DNA of 64,000 nucleotides from Paramecium tetraurelia (taxonomy: Eukaryota): assembly GCA_000165425.1 (NCBI GenBank), contig CT868030.1, positions 558,001-622,000 of the forward strand. The letters are read 5' to 3'. The notes under the pieces were generated by a model, which saw only the letters and a list, made by a program, of their open reading frames with translations, made no database searches and was not told where the DNA came from. Shown here in pieces: positions 13,180 through 26,514 of the stretch (position 1 is its first letter; every line of letters begins with the position of its first letter). The position numbers and the translations under genes were made by a program.

Positions 13180-14493
13180 ATGTCTATTCCAATAATTGAA
13201 GATTCTGGAACAGGGTACATTTAGAATCTTTGTTAGATATTTGAAGATCGGCTTTGCAGGTGATAACTTTCCAGCTCATTCTTTCCCAGCTATGGTAGGA
13301 AGACCAACACTTAGAGCAGATGAACAATTGGATGATGCCAACTTAAAAGTACAATGAGATGATCATAGTTTTAGGATATAATGATAGGAGATGAAGCATA
13401 GCCATATAGAGGATTATTAGAGTTGACTCATCCCTTAGAAGAAGGAGTGGTGAAAAATTGGGATGATATGGAATTAATTTGGAATTATGGGTATAAGAAA
13501 GTAAGAAGACTATAAATATTATTATTAAGTTAGGCATTGATCCAACAGATTAAACAGTATTGATGACAGAAGCTGCAGGAAATCCAAAAAAAAATAGGGA
13601 GAAGATGGCAGAAATTAAGTTTGAGAAATTCGGATTTGCTTAATTAAACGTAGGAATCCAGGCTTTGCTTCCCCTATTTGCAGAGGGTTTGAGAACAGCC
13701 TTATTGCTTGATGCAGGAGATGGTGTCACACATTGTATGCCAGTATATGACGGATTCTGTTTGAATCAAGGAGCTTAGAGAATGAATATTGCAGGAAGAC
13801 ACGTTACAGATCAACTAGTCAAACTATTATTCCAAAGAGGATATGCCTTCAATTCTTCGGCTGATTTTGAATTAGTAAGAGAAATCAAAGAAGCTTTATG
13901 CTTTGTAAGTTCAGATATCAGAATGGATACTAAATTGGCATAAGAGACAACTTGTCACGAAAGTACATTCAGACTACCTGATGGAGGAAAAGTGAAGATT
14001 GGACAAGAAAGATATATGGCTCCAGAGATTTTGTTTTCTCCATGGTTGTTAGGCAAAGATGCACCTGGATGTGCAGATATTGTATTCAATGCCATTTAAG
14101 TAATGCTCTCTTTTTATATGATAAATAGAAATCCCCTATTGATTCAAGGAAGACATTCTATGAAAACATTCTCATAAGTGGAGGTACGACCATGTTCCCA
14201 GGATTCCCAACTAGATTATAGAATCAATTGAGATCAATCTTTGAAGAAACTGTATTGAAAGGCAACACTGCATATGCTGCTAGTTCTAAGATCAAAATTA
14301 AAGTCTTGGTACTTATTTAGATTACAATATCCTTCTTTAGGATCCTGCCAGAAGAAAATATAATGTGTTCATTGGTGCTTCTTTCTTGTCAAATGTAATG
14401 AAGGATAAGTCCAATTTCTGGATCTCCAAGAAAGACTGGTAAGAATTGGGACCAGAAAGAGCCATGATGAAAGTTATGGAATCTTTAATATGA
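13180..14493 (+). CDS. ARP2: actin-related protein 2
   Basis: [80 protein letters not shown]...[11 protein letters not shown]. These match Arp2 signatures better than conventional actin. Confidence 0.85.
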
Positions 14494-14541
14494 AATAAAT
14501 AATTGTATTGCAAAGTGATATTGACAAATAATTATTTCTTA

Positions 14542-15075
14542 ATGTATAAAAAGAATAGTTTGATAGATCTAACTCCAATCTCAATCACTAAATCAACACA
14601 TTTAGGAAAGAACAAACCATTCTGTCCCTCCTTGTTTTTAAATCAAATTGATAGTCAACCCAAAAAATTTGAAGATGACTACCGAGAAAAAGTCTTAGAG
14701 TTAGAATTACCAGATGAAATAGTACTCCCCAAAACAGTTCGGAGAAGATGTGCTATTGGGAATGGATTATCTCCTCAAAAAACAGACCAAATCCTTCCCA
14801 GTCTCTCCTTGCATGTAAGCATGCAAAAAAGGAACATGGATGATGTCCATCAACTTTACGAGATGTAAACGCAAAGGGAGAATGTTGAGATGGAGAACAT
14901 TAACAAAAAGATTAAATCCATCATCAATAGTAATAAAAAGTAGGTTTCTTTTTAAAACTCTCATGTTATTATTGATGAATTTGATAATTATTAAGTTGTC
15001 CAAGATTTACCCACCTAAAGACACTATGCTCCAAAGAGAAGAACACATCTCAAGTAATTGACAACTGAAGTCTGA
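14542..15075 (+). CDS. hypothetical protein with RVxF-type motif (KKQVSF)
   Basis: 534-nt intronless ORF MYKKNSLIDL...CPSLFLNQ...KKQVSFQNSHVIID...LTTEV*. Confidence 0.75.
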
Positions 15076-15282
15076 TTATAGTCATAATTTGATTTTATGG
15101 AATATATTTAAATCTATCATCATTAATATTTTCTGTTTTCAAGAATATTTCCTATACTGAGATGCAATAAGATCTTGATAATTTTTGTATTTAAGTAAAA
15201 TTAATTTTTTCATCATTGACATTTTACAAATATATCTTGGGTAATAATTATTAACTCATTTTAATTAATAAATATTAATAAC

Positions 15283-16137
15283 ATGTTTTTTAAAGGAAAA
15301 AAAGAATTAAACGTAGATAACTTCAATCCTGGAGTGGGACTCTATGATATTATTACTAAATTAGATAAACCAGTGGCAATTATTCATACTGATAAATATG
15401 GGGCCCATAAAAAAAATGAATCACTTCCCCTAAGTGAATCATAACTATCCAATGATCGAAAAGTCGATTTAAATTATCCTCTGCATAGTTATGCAAGTGG
15501 AATCTAAAGAGTTAGATAAAATAAAATCTATTAAGAACTTAAGAAATAAGTTAAATTTGAATATAAACCCAATCAATTTAACCAAGAGTTCGATACCTAA
15601 GTACGTTCCACCATTAAGAAGGGAAAACTTGTTAAGCTACAAAGATTGTAACGAAACTCATAATCATCTTTAAACGATCAATCCCTTTTTTTAGGAACAT
15701 AGTCACCTGGCATCAAAAAAACTACAAGTTAACAATATCTGAAACATCCACCCAAATTGCAATCTTTAGAAAGTCTAGAACTCTTTCTGTTGAGAGACAA
15801 ATTATAAAAAGTCTAAGATGTTCCTGGTCCTGGTTCCTACGAATTGCCAAGTGTTTTCAAGTAAACAGAAATCAAGAATTAACCATTCGGAAAATAATAA
15901 GGAAGAACTAAATACATTGATTAAGAGGCTTCAGTTGGAGTTGGATAATATAATATACAAGACTAATCGGTAGTCAAAAGCGTAATAAGGTTTGACAAAT
16001 ATTCGAAGAGAATTAGCATTTTTGAAAACAAATTAAACTCTCCAACTTATTATGATAATAATTCAAATCTTATCAGCAATCAATCAAAACTTAATCTCGA
16101 ATTTCCTATAGCCTTTGGATCTACTTCAAAAAGATGA
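15283..16137 (+). CDS. SHIPPO/STPGR (PGPGxY) repeat protein, ODF3/STPG-like
   Basis: Motifs NPGVGLYD, VPGPGSYE, SVGVGQYN; ends AFGSTSKR*; one intron. Confidence 0.75.
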
Positions 16138-16262
16138 ATAATATTGTATATGTATTTCCATTTTATTGCTAATCTATATAAATACTTTAATAATAAGATA
16201 TTCCTAAAATATTCTGCTTAAAGATATTTTTTGAATTCTCTTCCTGTTATCATCGTTAATTA

Positions 16263-17228
16263 ATGAAGTCAATAATAAATACGAGACATCATCAACTCAT
16301 TAATTAAAAATATCTTGAATTAATATACAATTACTTGATATAATTTTAAATCAATTAAGTAATTAAAAAATTCGGCAATTTTATGAAAAAGGATTTGAAA
16401 GGAGAAAAATACAGAAACAAGGCTTTGGATTAGATAACAAATGTGAATCAACTAATTTTAGATTAGTTTCAAAAGATTCAGGTAGATTCAGACATTGAAT
16501 CTCAGGATATATAATTATTAGATGACTTTGAAAAAATGGGACATTAGGAACCTAATGAGGAGGGAACTGGAAGGATTTCTGTCAAATAAAACTTCAATAC
16601 TATTGGAATAATTAATTTGAGTCTTGAAAAATCACTAAAAATAAATGATATTAAATAATGGATCAATAAATATTTAGGATTGAGAACGACTACCCTCAAT
16701 TTAAATTTGGCATTGTATTATGAAAAAAAATCTTTTTACATTGAAGAGTTGAAACAAAATAAAAAGCACAAATTGTAAAAAAATAAATTGGAATATATTG
16801 ATGTATTCACCATTTTTGATGTATTAATAAATTTAAAGCCCAAACATATTTGTTCTCTAATAGCTATAGTTGATTAGAATATCTTTGATCCACTCTAACC
16901 TGATTCAAATATTTTAGGAAGAGCATGTGGTGATGGAGTTTGTGTAGTTTAATTTTAGGAGAATTTGAAAGTATTTTATGGTACTATCGTTCATGAATTG
17001 ATGCATACACTTGGATTCGATCATTGTTATTTATGGAATTGCTTAATGAATGAAGATGTTGATTCAAGCAGTTTACACTTATGTGTTAATGATTTGGAAA
17101 AGCTCTCCATGATCAAGAAGTACGACAAAGTTAAGCGGTATAAGTCTTTGCTAAGTTTCTATAAGAAGGTTGGGTTTTAGGAGGAGTGTAAATGGATTGA
17201 GAAAATGATAGAGATTTTTGAATAATGA
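16263..17228 (+). CDS. archaemetzincin-like zinc metalloprotease (peptidase M54)
   Basis: 966-nt ORF. HELMHTLGFDHCYLWNCLMN fits HExxHxxGxxHCx4CxM and is followed by LHLCVNDLEKL. Confidence 0.85.
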
Positions 17229-17494
17229 AACTTAATAAATAATTATTATTAAATTTATACGGCTAAATAATCCGCAAAGATTACAGTTTGTTAAAAACAT
17301 CTTAAATTATTATTTAAATATCTTGATTTATTTTTTCAAATTATTATTTGAGAAGATTTGGTTTAAAATTATGTAAGGTTAGTTTGAAAATCTGAAGGTA
17401 TCCAATTAATGCAATTTTGTTATAATAAATTTGTATATGGGAATAGAGAAATAATATTTGCTAAAAAACAAAATTATAGAAAATTAACACCCTT

Positions 17495-18144
17495 ATGTCA
17501 AATAAAACACAACTATCAACTTAAGCATAGGCAACTGGCGACGATGTGCCATTAGCCTCTTTAATTCAATAAATAAGATAAGATAATTTAGATTAAGAGG
17601 ATGTTCCTCAAAAGACTAGATTACCTGTTTCCTAGATAAACAAAAATTTGAATTTAGCATAGGAAGAAAATAATAATTTTCGATACCATCCTCAATAACC
17701 GCTTTCTTAGCTTTAAATAGTTTAGCAGAGATAGGAGCAATATGAGATGATTCAATAAAAGAAGTAATTAGACTAACCTAATGAGGTCGATGATGAAAAT
17801 AAATCATTTGGGAATTAAGAATTCAAAAAAGAAGATCGACGTATTGCTATTTAATAGTACTAAGTAATTTTACTAGCACCATCTTAACCATACAGCAGAG
17901 AACCTCAAGTGTTAAAATGCGAGAGATGCCAGAATGTAATGATTACAAAAGTGGAATCAAAACCAGGATGGGGCAGCTGTTTTTGTTGCTGCTTAATGTT
18001 TTTAACTCCTTTTTTCTTTTTGTTTTTTTTACCTTTTTGTATGAGAGTATTATGTATATGTTATGTAAGTAATGCAAAGATGCACATCATTATTGTTAAT
18101 CCTGTTCAAATAAACTCGGTACATATTATTTTATTTGTGAATGA
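17495..18144 (+). CDS. LITAF-like zinc-ribbon membrane protein
   Basis: CERC, a hydrophobic stretch (CFCCCLMFLTPFFFLFFLPFCM), a 23-nt intron, then KDAHHYCQSCSNKLG. Confidence 0.9.
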
Positions 18145-18246
18145 AAAATATAGTATATTATCTAATCTTTGAAATTTTCAAAATAATATAATAGATGTAA
18201 TATTTTAAGTTTAAATTGTAAAATTAAATAAAAAGTTTATTCATTC

Positions 18247-21200
18247 TCAAGCTTCCTATTAAACTAAATGGATTGTTATAGGATTGCTATCTCTTATTTA
18301 ACATTTAACGATATCGATTTAAGGATGAAACACATCTTTGATTCTGAAAATATTGAGATTCTATGTCTCTTCATCCAAAACATAAATGGAATCTTTATAA
18401 ACAGCCATGGACAAATCATCCTGCAAAGTTCTTTCATAATCTCTAGGTGCTTTTTCAGCATAGGCTTCTAGATTCTCCTTCTCATTTTTCTTTTTGCCGA
18501 TAGGATTCTTAATTTTAAACTTCAAAGTAACACCAGCTTTGACAAGTTCGAAAACCTCGACAAAGAAGTCTTCTTCAGTTTTGTAATAGGAAACAAATAA
18601 TTTTGGACTTACCATGTCAACAATAGGCTTTGTAAATCGTGAGTTTACAAATGGGGATTTAAATGACAAATCAACGTTGAATTCCCAATTATCTTTCAAT
18701 ATGTCATAAGTAAAATAAATAAGTTTATCTGAAGTCAAATCAATCTCGCTAGAAACACCACCAAATAAGTAGATCATACTTTTGTCCTCATCATGAAGGG
18801 CTGTTCCACCGTAGATATTGATAGGTAGGTTTTTCAAAGGTTTCCTATAAAGAATGATTAGAATGATAATATTACCACTATTTGGTTTTAATAGTATAGA
18901 CAAAGACCTTATCTGTAATCTATTTATTAAGGTTATCTCCAAGTTCGTAGCCTCCAATCACATATATCTTTCCCTCAGCATACAATAGGGACGGACTCAA
19001 GATGGGAGCTGGGATGTCTGGCAATCTCTTCAAAGTAACAGTCTGTGTATCCTTGTGTTTATTATATGCACACTCATAAAGATGCTAAGTCTTCATATCC
19101 TCTTTAAGGGCTCCTGAAATGTAGATAACATCCACAAAGTTAAAAGTAAACATGCAGTGTTTGGAGATCTTGAAATTAGTTTAGTTTGGTTTTAAGATAC
19201 AGACTTTCATAAATCTTGGATCCTTCATATTTTCTAAAGGAGTAATGATAATATAGTTTTAACCATAGCCAACCCATAGAATAGCCTAGGCCTTACTTTG
19301 CATTTCATTGAAATCAATATTCTATGCTGTCAATTATTTGCTCAAATTCATGGCCGAATTCAAAATGTTGATATAGGGTGTTTTCTTAGGTAGTTTGTAG
19401 GTTGACTTTAAGAATTCCCCTAGGCCGTCATAGGCTGTTATTAAAGGATGGGAGAAGTCCATAATATCAATGTCTTACACTCTCTAAAGAGTTGCTAGAC
19501 AATACAAAACCTTCACTGCATCATCAATATCAGTAGAGAAGTTCTTCCTATTAGCTACATACCAACCTGACATTTTAATAATTCCAGTTTTAGTAAAGCA
19601 TAAACTATTAGTTGATAAATTTCCATGTTCCATATGATTATCTTTCAATTCTTTTAAAGCCTTAAAGATAATTTTTACAATCAATGCTAATTCTTTTGAT
19701 TCAAAAGTGTTTTTATAAAGTTTTCTATTTTCAACCTCAGAATCCAAGGTAGTTGAAATTTCCTCATTAACATAATACATAAGAAAGGAATTTTCTATGA
19801 TAAAATAGATCATTACTTTCTTCTGAACTTGCAAAATATTCAATAGGAGTCAATAGAATTTCTGATTGTATCTTCTTGTTAAATGCTTGGAACAACAACG
19901 AAATTTCAACCAAAGACTCAACTCTGATCTGGTGTAAATAAACCTTTTGTTTTTCTTCCATATGCTCTGCACTTAAATACGCTTCATTCTAATCTGCATA
20001 TAAGTCTTTAATCACACCATATTATCTGACATGCTATTGATTATAATTATACAATCATACCTTTGAATATCTTCTAAACACACTCTCATCCACCTATTTT
20101 TGTTATGCTTTAACTACAAAACTTAGAGTTTTAGGAATGAAGAGCAGTAAATCTTAATTCGTGTGTAAGGAATAGCAATTTAATAATTCAATGCATGCTT
20201 AATTTGGGAGGATGTTATATACACAATGAACTGTCTCTATCTCCTTTCTGGCTAAACAATGCAAATATCCATTCTAGAATAAATAGTTGTGTCCTCCAGC
20301 ATCCAAGCACTTCAATTCAAAAGGTTGATTTCTGGTTTCATAAGCATTCTGATGCAAGATTGGATTCTATTTGTTGTTCTCTTTGTAATTCTGTAATTAT
20401 GTAAGAGAAGCCAACGAATAAAAACATCTGAAATTAAAATCCAAAATAAAAATGTTTTTAGATGCCTACATTAAAAATACTCCATGTTGAACTTCTATGC
20501 AAAATACGATATGTTTAATTTTAAAGTTCAGTAAACAAAATTGCTTGAATATTTCATCCGTGCTACAAGCAAATCTCAATAAGCCTTCCTTGAAATTTCC
20601 TTTCCTTTTTGAAATATCATAATAACAATATCTGATTCCATTTTAGAATACATTATTGTAATCAGGTATGCAATAAATATAATTGTTGTGTGGATCAAAG
20701 AAATGAAAAGAACTCCTATGCCATTGAAAATTCTTGGGTCCCTAATAGATCTTGATAACCTTTTTGCTTATGTATTCATCATCTCCATAATTATAAACAT
20801 CTTCCTCATTGTCGTTTTTTACTAATTCTAAATTAAATGCCACTTCAAATGAATTAAAATAAACCTCTTGAGTCGCCTCATCAGCCTATTACTATTAATT
20901 CATGACCATGATTTTTGATAATAATTTAGGCTCTTAATCTAATACATTCTACTATTGTTATTACTACTTATTGCCCTTTTTCACTTCTTTTTTATCCTCG
21001 ATTACTTCTAGTGGTTATTCTTAATTCGCATCATCCTCCATAGAGAAATTAATCACCAACAATTAGGGGTCTTCAAACTTAACATTCTTGATATTTCTAA
21101 ATAATTCAACTTCTCGCTTCTGACTGATGCTACCTCTGTCATGTGATTCATCATATACTTTTAATAAGAATGTAGAGGTATTATGACTAAAGAAAAAAAA

Positions 21201-22515
21201 CTTATCTTCATTTGGATGATAAACTACATCTGATTCTATTCTGAAGGGCTGCTTCTTTCTATACACCTTCAAAAAATGAAATTTATTGGTTTCATAATTA
21301 TACAGATGAATTTGATTAGCTTTAGTGAAGTATAACCAAGGAGATGCATCAGGCAATGTTTTTTCTTTATGATATTATAAATAGGCTCCAAGTGAGTCAT
21401 TTTTGAAATATGTTTGCATCCCTTTTTGGCGAACACTTTTAATGGCATGATTAATATCACTCATTTTAGGCATGTCAAATTTATCAAAGGCACTCATTTG
21501 TTCAATCAATTGCATAATCATTTAAGGCACATCATTTTCAAATTGAGATGCAACTGACTACTTATAGTTGTCAATTAATCTAAACTGATTAAGAATATAT
21601 ATTTACTCTTCCCAGTCACCTTAATTCAATCTAAGATCAATTAGCGAATCAAATGTGTAAATTTTATGATCAACCAAAAATAGAAATAACAATGAAAAAA
21701 TCACGCAATCATAGATATAGTAATCACTCTCTTATTAAACGAAGTGTTTGATGATTTTCTAGAATAATTGAGTTTATTACTTGTTCTTTATGGTTAGTTT
21801 AAATTGATGGGTTACTTAGAAAAAACTTCTTACCGTCCTTAGTTAAGATGCTTTCGGGTCTCAGAAAACGATACGCAAATTTCTCTTTGTGTAGTTAATT
21901 TAATGCATCGCTCACTTGTTCTAAAATAAGTAAACTTTGCATTAGAGTTTCTAATTTCAAATGTTCCAGAGAATCACTCAACGTATTGTATTTTGGTATC
22001 ATTCTATCGATTGCATAGAGTTATTTCTCTGGTCGCAATTACACATTGGTTTATTCAAATTAACTGATTGTTAATGAAGTAAACCTTAACAAACCTTCAG
22101 CGCTGACTTTGTTCATGTTATACAAATATGATATGTTGTTAGAGGCATTATCAAAGTTATCAAAAAGAGAACGTTTAAATATTAATTATGTTCCGGAACC
22201 CTATAATATTTACATTTAAGTTACATCCAACACTTCTGCTGTAATTGATGAACCTGTTGTCTTTAGAATTCTCGCTACTTTGTAACCTTTTGGCTTAAGT
22301 ATATTGGTGCAGTGTTTCATTGGATCATCCCAAGTAACCAGATCTTCATCTTAAATTTCCAATCTATGAATTTGATTAATCTCCTATGTTTTCTTATTTA
22401 ATTGTTGCTAGAACACCGACTATGATGAGATTGTCTGGCCAGATCTCAATCCCAGGTGCGCCTTCTTGGTTTTTGGAATGACTCTTTTATTAGTGGTTCC
22501 ACAGATAGAACCCAT
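18247..22515 (-). CDS. large N-acylated protein with two kinase-like (pseudokinase) domains and Kelch-like beta-propeller region(s)
   Basis: Code-6 frame traced across most of its length with short introns, from MGSICG to LVQQEA*. Kinase-like LHKEKFAYRFLRPESIL and LKDNHMEHGNLSTNSL; Kelch-like KIYVIGG and MIYLFGG. Confidence 0.75.
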
Positions 22516-22690
22516 ATGAGAATTTAATTATAATTATTATTCTTAATATTCAAAGCCATTTACATATACAGAATCTATCAGAAATGCCTCTAACAATAAC
22601 TGAAACTCTCTCTACTTCATTTTAAGTAATCCTCAATGGAAATGTAGGAATTAAGAATATTGAATTTTATAATCCTATGTATTATTTTAA

Positions 22691-23984
22691 TCATCCGTAA
22701 TACGGTTAATTGGGATTCTGATATCCTTGCGGATTCTGATTCTAGGCTGGAACCAAAACTCCACCAGTGGCAGGTTGATATTTATAAGAGTCATCAAATT
22801 GCACAGATAAAGGCTAAATTAAATAGCAATTTATAATTTTACATTCATAACCTGCGGATTCCATCCAGAAGGAGCCACTACTGGTTATTCGTAACTTGCA
22901 ATTGGCTTAGCAACTATTCTTATTGGCAATTCTATGCCTGGATCCTAAGAACAACATAAGCATATTCCGTCCATTTCTCCAGTGGCAGAGAGTTAGTAAT
23001 TGTTCTGCACAATCTTTCCATTAGTTGTAGGATCCAAGGGTTTGTGTCTTCCAGCATCAACTAATGGCAAGTTCATATCCTTTTTATGTTCATTTAATGC
23101 AGATTAACCAGATTCAATTCCTTGAATTGAAGAACTGGCACAAACTCTATAAAGCACTCTAGCGTGGCCTTATTTGCTAATAACTCTTAATTTGCTTGTC
23201 ACACTGCCTTTAATAATTGGTATGCCAACTTTTGATTGAGTATTATCAATTTCTACTTGCAACTTGGCAACTTCCCCCGGTTGATATGCTGATTTATCAA
23301 ACTGAAATTTAAACGAAATTGTCTAGGTGAATACTTAAATTTAAACATACTCCCAATGGAATGCAACAACATGCTGTCGGTTGCAAAACCTATGATCCCT
23401 CGTTTTAGTTGACTTACTCCTTTATAGGCTCTCTGACTAGAAATTCTTATTTATATTTAATCTTGTCTAAGGTCTTATTTGGTGAATCTATTTCAGCCTT
23501 AACACTGTATTTTATTTTGCATTCTAAGTCTTTCTCTGAATATTCAAAAGAACCTGGTAAGCTATCTTTCAATTTGAAATTAAAAGGAAATGTGTATTAT
23601 CCTTAAGGTATCATTCTGTTTATGATTTCAATAGATACCCTTGTTAAAATATGTAGACTGGAATTTTATGTTTGTAAAATTCATTGTCATTATCATAATG
23701 CTCTGTAACCTATTTTGATTATCTTTATGGAGGATTAGTTCCTGGGATATCCTCATATACAGTTCTGGTTTCTGACCATTTTGCTTTTTCAGCTCCTTTC
23801 ACTTTCAAATAAATGGTCGAACTTGGAAATGCTCCGCCTCCCACATTCAAGTAAATATTGCCTAAATTTATGCTTTAATTTTACCTTGTACTTCTTCACC
23901 TGCAAAATAAAATGGCTTATCCGTACGAATGTACAAGCCATTTTGTTTTGAATGATCAAACCCATTTGCATTTTGGTTTCCCAT
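22691..23984 (-). CDS. alpha-arrestin family protein
   Basis: YIRTDKPFYFAGEEVQGNIYLNV, VKGAEKAKWSE, GQYTFPFNFKL..SLPGSFEY, KIKYSVKAEI; Pro/Gln/Tyr-rich tail. Confidence 0.9.
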
Positions 23985-24201
23985 AAGTAAATTTAATTTA
24001 TGATATAGAAATTAATAAGATCTAGTTAAGTATGATAAATTTTATTCCTATTTTATATATCAAGGATCAAATTATAATTGTATTTAATAAATCTTCATGA
24101 ATAGACAAACCTCAATCTAAATTCATAAGGATGATAGACAAATTTATCGTGGAATCTAAAATTGGATGTCATAACTGTAAAATAAAATAATATTATAATA
24201 A

Positions 24202-25335
24202 TCAATCACTTCCTCCCCCTGGACAAGCAGCTTATGGTTTTTAAGAGTAGAAATCATAAACAGATTGTTTCACTTGACTTATAAGATCAATCTGATCCTT
24301 CCTCACTTGACTTGCCTTTTCGTACTCTGATAAGAAGTCCTTGCACATTTTATCAACTGAATCCAACATTTGCAGATTTCTCACCTAATATAAATCACCC
24401 AATAGGATATACCTTCTTTCCCCTTGCAGTATCCACAATTGCTGTTTATTAATTTATGCACATACTCATAGCAGTTATATGATCTCTTAATTATTGTTCT
24501 GTTCTTTTCAGATTATTGAAATATTCAACTAAATGAATGTTACGATCATCATATTCCTAAATTTGCAAGTCCTCCACTTCTTAATAGTCTTATAAGTTTT
24601 TTTATAAGGTCTGTTCAAAGTTAACAATTAATTATTTTAATTTTTCATAAACTTCTCTATATCCTCCATTTTCAGTTGCAACTTATGCGAATATCTCGGA
24701 GATCTCTACCAAAGGTTGATCATTCTTAGCTATCACTGCTGTTTAAATAAAAGCCATAGCCACTTTTCCTAATTCAGCTAATGAGCAATCCCCCCCTGTG
24801 AATCCATCTAAAGTGAGTAGCACCTATTAAAGTGATGTTAAAGCGTCTAGATGATCTCTCCTTTTATTTGAAAACAATCTTGCTGCTTCATCTCTAATGC
24901 TTTTCAAAATTTTGATATCGCTATCTGTAGTCTATTTCAGATTAAATAAAGTACTTTTTAGGATTCCAGATTATTATCTAATTCAGATCTTGCTTTGTTA
25001 TTGGAAGTGGAACAGTTTTCTAATTATTCATTAGCTCTAGAACCAACCTATTCGGCATCTTTTATGTCTTTTTTTCTTAAGTCTAATTCCAATGAACATT
25101 AATTTCTTTGTTATGTATACAATTAATCATGTCTTATTTATTCTTCGTCTATTGTTGATTTTAGATTATCCAAAAATGCTATTGTTGTAGTTTGGGCTCC
25201 TCCTGATTTTATTTGAGTTTACAATTCTGTTAAAATACTCACCAAACTAGGTTTTGGATTTCCTATTATCTAATACTTCTCCAGTAATTGGGAGTATCCT
25301 AAAACCAATAACAAATACACAGTGATTAGTTTCAT
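24202..25335 (-). CDS. secreted coiled-coil protein, trichocyst matrix / granule lattice-like precursor
   Basis: Signal peptide MKLITVYLLLVLGYS; acidic helical body with spaced Cys (FLDNLKSTIDEEQIRHDQLYTQQRNQC). Family assignment is by resemblance only. Confidence 0.65.
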
Positions 25336-25355
25336 AAAACGAATTAAAATATATT

Positions 25356-25997
25356 ATGTCAAATAATAATAATATTGAGAGACATAAAAGAATACTAAAT
25401 ATTGTTTCTCATTTGGGTTTAAACAAGAAAAAAAGCACAATTCCAGCATTCGAAAAGAAAAGATTATCTTAATCCAGAATCGTATTTTACAAACCAGAAT
25501 AATGTTAAGAAGAGGAAGATCAATTAATCGTCAAAGCCAAAGAATTATTATCCAAGCCAGTTAAAAGAAAGCTAATCAGATCAGAATCACAATTGGTGCA
25601 ATTGATCTCCGATAAATATGATATGCTCAAAGATGATACAGAAGAAAACAGTGCTTATCATCATATCTAGCTTAGTCTAGTCAAATTGTAGGAACAAGAA
25701 ATACTGGGTCAATTTCATGAGGTTAAATAGAACCTGAGGATGTCCAAAACTTCTTATCCTGCTCCTATTACAGTCCCATAACAAAAAGTGTAAATATAAA
25801 ACATGTTCGAAAAAAAATGCAGTCAACATACCATCGAATCACCTTAGGAAAACACAATCAGATAAAAAATTAATGATTTCTTATACAAAACAAGAGAATC
25901 CTTCAAAGATTTCTAAGCAGACGTTTCACATTATAAAAATCTCAAATAGCATCATCGATTATATAAATAGAGAACTGCCACATATTTCTAATAATGA
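25356..25997 (+). CDS. hypothetical protein (213 aa)
   Basis: 642-nt intronless code-6 ORF MSNNNNIERHKRILNIV...TATYFQQ*. Confidence 0.75.
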
Positions 25998-26514
25998 CCT
26001 TCAATTAAAGATTTTTATATATTGAAATTTGCTTCTAATATAATCAATTAATTTGAAAGAAAAACATATTTTTTTATATCAATAATATTCAACACTAAAT
26101 AATATATCATTTTAATATAATAATTCCCATAATTCATAGTCCTAGTAAAATTAATTGAGATGCTAAACGAAGATTATTTAATTGCTAAAATATCCTCTTT
26201 TAATAAAATCTAAAAAGTAACTTATATTTTCTAATTGATAAATTATTAATGGAATTTCAGCAAATTGAAAATACAGCTTGGATATTATCGAAGTAGGAAA
26301 TAATTATCTACACTCATTATTAACTTATAATATTTTAAAGATTATAAAAAAGATATTTATGCAATATCTTAGAATATATTATAAATTTACACAAAATATT
26401 TTGAAAATGGAATTGTCATGTGAAAGCTATTGGTTATCGACTTTTAATACAAAACAGTACAAGTAATTTCTAAAATTTAATAAAATCTAATCAATTATCA
26501 GTGATCATTATTAA

